Positions 58,901 through 64,000 of a DNA stretch of 64,000 nt are shown here, one piece after another. How positions within the stretch are numbered: position 1 is the stretch's first letter; the number at the start of each line of letters is the position of its first letter. A program made the position numbers and the translations under genes. Source of the DNA: Eledone cirrhosa (taxonomy: Eukaryota); the NCBI GenBank assembly GCA_964016885.1, contig OZ024753.1, positions 7,068,001-7,132,000 on the forward strand. Direction: 5' to 3'. A model generated the notes under the pieces. That model saw only the letters and a program-made list of their open reading frames with translations, did no database searches and was not told the origin of the DNA.

Positions 58901-61255
58901 AATAGTAGGGTGGTTAGTTAGATGTTTGGTTGGAATAGTAGGGTGGTTAGTTGGTTGGTTGGAATAGTAGGGTGGTATAGCTGGTTGGTTGGAATAGTAG
59001 GGTGTTTTAGCTGGTTGGTTGGAATAGTAGGGTGGTTAGCTGGTTGGTTGGTTGGAATAGTAGGGTGGTTAGCTGGTTGGTTGGTTGGAATAGTAGGGTG
59101 GTTAGCTGGTTGGTTGGAATAGTAGGGTGGTTAGCTGGTTGGTTGGAATAGTAGGGTGGTTAGCTGGTTGGTTGGTTGGAATAGTAGGGTGGTTAGCTGG
59201 TTGGTTGGTTGGAATAGTAGGGTGTTTTAGCTGGTTGGTTGGAATAGTAGGGTGGTATAGCTGGTTGGTTGGAATAGTAGGGTGGCTAGCTGGTTGGTTG
59301 GAATAGTAGGGTGGTATAGCTGGTTGGTTGGAATAGTAGGGTGGTTAGCTGGTTGGTTGGTTGGAATAGTAGGGTGGTATAGCTGGTTGGTTGGAATAGT
59401 AGGGTGGTTAGCTGGTTGGTTGGTTGGAATAGTAGGGTGGTTAGCTGGTTGGTTGGTTGGAATAGTAGGGTGGTTAGCTGGTTGGTTGGTTGGAATAGTA
59501 GGGTGGTATAGCTGGTTGGTTGGAATAGTAGGGTGGTTAGCTGGTTGGTTGGTTGGAATAGTAGGGTGGTTAGCTGGTTGGTTGGTTGGAATAGTAGGGT
59601 GGTATAGCTGGTTGGTTGGAATAGTAGGGTGGTTAGCTGGTTGGTTGGTTGGAATAGTAGGGTGGTTAGCTGGTTGGTTGGTTGGAATAGTAGGGTGTTT
59701 TAGCTGGTTGGTTGGAATAGTAGGGTGGTATAGCTGGTTGGTTGGAATAGTAGGGTGGTTAGCTGGTTGGTTGGTTGGAATAGTAGGGTGGTTAGTTGGT
59801 TGGTTGGAATAGTAGGGTGGTTAGCTGGTTGGTTGGAATAGTAGGGTGGTATAGCTGGTTGGTTGGAATAGTAGGGTGGTTAGCTGGTTGGTTGGTTGGA
59901 ATAGTACGGTGGTATAGCTGGTTGGTTGGAATAGTAGGGTGGTATAGCTGGTTGGTTGGAATAGTAGGGTGGTTAGCTGGTTGGTTGGTTGGAATAGTAG
60001 GGTGGTTAGTTGGTTGGTTGGAATAGTAGGGTGGTTAGCTGGTTGGTTGGAATAGTAGGGTGGTATAGCTGGTTGGTTGGAATAGTAGGGTGGTTAGCTG
60101 GTTGGTTGGTTGGAATAGTAGGGTGGTTAGCTGGTTGGTTGGTTGGAATAGTAGGGTGGTATAGCTGGTTGGTTGGAATAGTAGGGTGGTTAGCTGGTTG
60201 GTTGGTTGGAATAGTAGGGTGGTATAGCTGGTTGGTTGGAATAGTAGGGTGGTTAGATGTTTGGTTGGAATAGTACGGTGGTATAGCTGGTTGGTTGGTT
60301 GGAATAGTAGGGTGGTTAGCTGGTTGGTTGGTTGGAATAGTAGGGTGGTTAGCTGGTTGGTTGGAATAGTAGGGTGGTTAGATGTTTGGTTGGAATAGTA
60401 GGGTGGTTAGATGTTTGGTTGGAATAGTACGGTGGTATAGCTGGTTGGTTGGAATAGTAGGGTGGTTAGCTGGTTGGTTGGAATAGTAGGGTGGCTAGCT
60501 GGTTGGTTGGTTGGAATAGTAGGGTGGTATAGCTGGTTGGTTGGAATAGTAGGGTGGTTAGCTGGTTGGTTGGAATAGTAGGGTGGTATAGCTGGTTGGT
60601 TGGATAGTAAGGTGGTTTAGCTGGTTGGTTGGAATAGTAGGGTGGTTAGCTGGTTGGTTGGAATAGTAGGGTGGTTAGCTGGTTGGTTGGAATAGTAGGG
60701 TGGTTAGCTGGTTGGTTGGAATAGTAGGGTGGTATAGCTGGTTGGTTGGAATAGTAGGGTGGTATAGCTGGTTGGTTGGAATAGTAGGGTGGTTATCTTG
60801 TTGGTTGGAATAGTAGGGTGGTTAGCTGGTTGGTTGGTTGGAATAGTAGGGTGGTTAGCTGGTTGGTTGGTTGGAATAGTAGGGTGGTTAGCTGGTTGGT
60901 TGGTTGGAATAGTAGGGTGGTTAACTGGTTGTTTGGTTGCAATAGTAGGGTGGTTAGCTGGTTGGTTGGAATAGTAGTGTGGTTAGCTGGTTGGTTGGAA
61001 TAGTAGGGTGGTTATCTTGTTGGTTGGAATAGTAGTGTGGTTAGCTGGTTAGTTGGAATAGTAGGGTGGAATAGCTGGTTGGTTGGAATAGTAGGGTGGT
61101 TAGCTGGTTGGTTGGAATAGTAGGGTGGTTAGTTGGTTGGTTGGAATAGTAGGGTGGTTAGTTGGTTGGTTGGAATAGTAGGGTGGTTAGCTGGTTGGTT
61201 GGAATAGTAGGGTGGTTAGCTGGTTGGTTGGAATAATAGGGTGGTTAGGTGGTTG
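55930..61255. repeat. G-rich satellite, 29/30/33-bp units, about 5.3 kb
   Basis: GGAATAGTAGGGTGG(TA/T)TAGCTGGTTGGTT(GGTT). Confidence 0.98.
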
Positions 61256-61398
61256 GTAGGTTGGTAGGCTGGTCGGATGGTCGGATGTTGGGCTGGTTAG
61301 CTTGTTGGATGGACGGATGGTAGGTTGGTAAATATGTTTAGGCTTACCATTTTTGTTATATATTACCGTCTAATCTCCCTATATTATTTATAGTGGAT

Positions 61399-61590
61399 GG
61401 CGGTGAATTGGCAGTATCGGTAGAGGGTCGGACGCCATGCTTTGACGCATAGAGTTACGGCCCTTGCCATTCTGAGTTCAAATCCCGCCGAGGTTAACTT
61501 TGCCTTTCATCCTTACGGGGTCGATAAAATAAAGTACCAGTAATACACTGGGAAATTGCTGGCCTTGTGCCAAAAGTAGAAACAATTATT
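61399..61590 (+). mobile_element. Full-length short-tail SINE with target-site duplication
   Basis: ATTATTTATAGTGGAT on both sides (61383 and 61586). Confidence 0.95.
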
Positions 61591-61606
61591 TATAGTGGAT
61601 TGGCAG

Positions 61607-61640
<34 letters not shown>

Positions 61641-61729
61641 TGTATGTATGTATGTATGTATGTATGTATGTATGTATGTATGTCTCATGGTCGGGTCACT
61701 GGCGACTAAACTGGCAACCCCACCAAGGT

Positions 61730-61968
61730 TTCTTGGTGAGGAGGGTCACTATTTATAAAACAAATTTTGTATTTTATCTGATGAAAGCGCACCAAGACTG
61801 CCTTGGTTACCCTCGAAATATATATAATAAAATAATTATGGTTTTATAAATATAGTTTCCATTTATTAATATATTGAATATTTGCTCCAGTAATTTATTG
61901 AGTGCTCTATATCAGTTACAAACCTTTAAGTTTGTTGGAATCCCAACAAATTAAATATAACTCCTGCA
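61730..61968 (+). mobile_element. HHR-bearing element family B, copy 2
   Basis: Homologous to 50318-50550 in opposite orientation; ends in (TA)n. Confidence 0.8.
61770..61834 (+). ncRNA. Type I hammerhead motif, intact core
   Basis: TATTTTAT CTGATGA AAGCGC ACCAAG actgc CTTGGT TACCCTC GAAA TATATA TA ATAAAATA. Confidence 0.8.
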
Positions 61969-61985
61969 TATATATACATACAAAC

Positions 61986-62020
<35 letters not shown>

Positions 62021-62051
62021 CACAAACAAACACAAACACACATACACACAT

Positions 62052-62126
<75 letters not shown>

Positions 62127-62416
62127 TATACACACACACATATATATATACACACACAAACACATCCAGACTCCCTCGTGCTCAAACATGGATGTATGTA
62201 CGTGTCGCACTATAGGTAAACAATTTTCTATTTTGTTTATTATAGTGATAGATCACCTAACTACTCTTGGGTGACTCGTCCAGTTATGTTAGCATCAATC
62301 TCAATATCATACAGAATATATTTGTCGCCATTTTAGCATGCGATCTACAATCTGTCATGGCTTTATCTATATTTATTTCCTACCATTGCACATATCTGTA
62401 TTGTCTCTATTGTCCT

Positions 62417-62484
<68 letters not shown>

Positions 62485-62586
62485 CTAGTTGTATTATTAG
62501 TAGTAGTAGTACTAGTAGTAGCAGTAGCAGTAGTAGTAGAAGTAGTAGTAGTAGTCGTAGAAGTAGTAGTAGTAGTAGTGATATTG

Positions 62587-62656
<70 letters not shown>

Positions 62657-62779
62657 AAAGTAATAGTAGTAGTGGTAACAGTAGTAGTGGAAGTACTAGT
62701 AGTGGTAGTAGTAGGAACAGTGGTAGTAGTAGCAGTAGTAACATCATTAGTAATAGTAGTAGTACTAATAGTAGTAATC

Positions 62780-62830
<51 letters not shown>
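62417..62830. repeat. (TAG)n microsatellite
   Basis: Direct reading. Confidence 0.95.
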
Positions 62831-63032
62831 ATATGAAATCATATCCGCTCTCTTGCTCTGGAACCCTGACTCCAGCCTGACTAGGAGTAGGAAGCTGTCA
62901 TTCCCTGACGTTATCTCTAGGGATACGGGAATCAGTAGACAGGACCTGGGGGCAGCGATGGGGGACAGGGTATTCTGGGGCATGAGAGTGAGATCCATCA
63001 TCTCGACAGTAGTCGACGAGTGATGATGAGTA
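62831..63032 (+). mobile_element. RTE-clade LINE extreme 3' end
   Basis: EIISALLLWNPDSSLTRSRKLSFPDVISRDTGISRQDLGAAMGDRVFWGMRVRSII, then TGATGATGA; related to 1800-1930. Confidence 0.75.
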
Positions 63033-63112
63033 GTAATATTTAATATTTTCCACACCATCATTACTAATATCTCCCTTTTCATTATATCCTTCATATTCCC
63101 AACTATCTATAC

Positions 63113-63272
63113 AAAGGTAAATTCCGTTATAACGAAATTTACCGGGTATAAAAAAAATTCGTTGTACTGAAAAATTCTTTATAACGAGATCGACTTAACA
63201 CATCGAGCGTGTGGCCGAGCAATGAAAGAAATTTCGTTATAATGGTATTTGCTATAACCGAATTTTACCTGC
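63113..63272. mobile_element. pogo/Tigger-like MITE
   Basis: Imperfect TIRs AGGTAAATTCCGTTATAAC / GCTATAACCGAATTTTACCTG and subterminal TTCGTTATAA repeats. Confidence 0.55.
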
Positions 63273-63329
63273 ATTACTATTATTACTACTATTACTCTTC
63301 TTACTATTATTATTATTATTATTATTGAG

Positions 63330-63912
63330 CTGGACTTTGCCTTTCATCCTTACGGGGTCGATAAAATAAAGTACCAGTAATACACTGGGTATCTGCAGCA
63401 TCGGTAGAGGGTCGGACGCCATGCTTTGACGTATAGAGTTACGGCCCTTGCCAATCTGAGTTCAAATCCCGCCGAGGTTAACTTTGCCTTTCATCCTTCC
63501 GGGATCGATAAAATAAAGTACCAGTAATGCACTGGTGTCGATTTAATCAACTTGCCGCTCCTCCAAAATTGCTGGCCTTGTGCCTATAGCAGTAATCATT
63601 ATTATTTTATATTATTAAAGTACCATAATAGGGCGGTGGATTGGCAGTATCGGTAGAGGGTTGGACGCCATGCTTTGCAGCATAGAGTTACGGTCCTTTA
63701 TGATCTGAGTTCAAATCCCGCCGAGGTTAACTTTGCCTTTCATCCTTACGGGGTCGATAAAATAAAGTATCAGTCACGCACTGGGGTCGATTTTATCGAC
63801 TTTGCCCTCCCCCTAAAATTGCTGGCTTTGTGCCTATAAAAAAAAAATATTATTAAAGTACCATAATGCACTGGAATAATTGCTGGCCTTGAGCAAAAGT
63901 AGAAACAATTAT
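63330..63912 (+). mobile_element. Cluster of main-family SINEs
   Basis: Fragments and full copies at 63330, 63398, 63632 and 63855. Confidence 0.9.
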
Positions 63913-64000
63913 TATTTCATATTATATATTGTTTCATGTTTATTATCCTGTATTCACCAGTTTTATGCGTCTATCTACTGTATGACACGGACCCAGTGCA

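Noticed and set aside
56039-61003. WLVGIVGWYS repeat proteins (reflectin-like at a glance)
   Set aside because: Satellite translation with frequent frame shifts; no reflectin motif
55930-61255. Telomeric array
   Set aside because: No tandem TTAGGG; flanked by ordinary sequence on both sides

Overview
AT-rich, repeat-saturated animal DNA, most likely from an octopod cephalopod (inferred from the tRNA-derived SINE families and giant (TA)n arrays). No host protein-coding gene can be supported; nearly all ORFs in the track are microsatellite or satellite artefacts. The window holds about 40 SINE copies or fragments, 3' relics of RTE, Tx1/L1, CRE and HERO non-LTR elements, Penelope-like (PLE) GIY-YIG ends, a Helitron-type element, a MITE, minisatellites and a 5.3-kb G-rich satellite. 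The main hidden signal is about ten type I hammerhead ribozyme (HHR) motifs from several families, each with a palindromic stem III, in short non-coding elements next to (TA)n. Several have terminal redundancy or inverted ends. Three families place an octamer (ATGCAAAT) and a TATA-like box at nearly fixed distances upstream of the ribozyme hairpin. This resembles a PLE-mobilised retrozyme/circular-RNA system similar to newt satellite 2. All structures were folded by eye and no searches were run.
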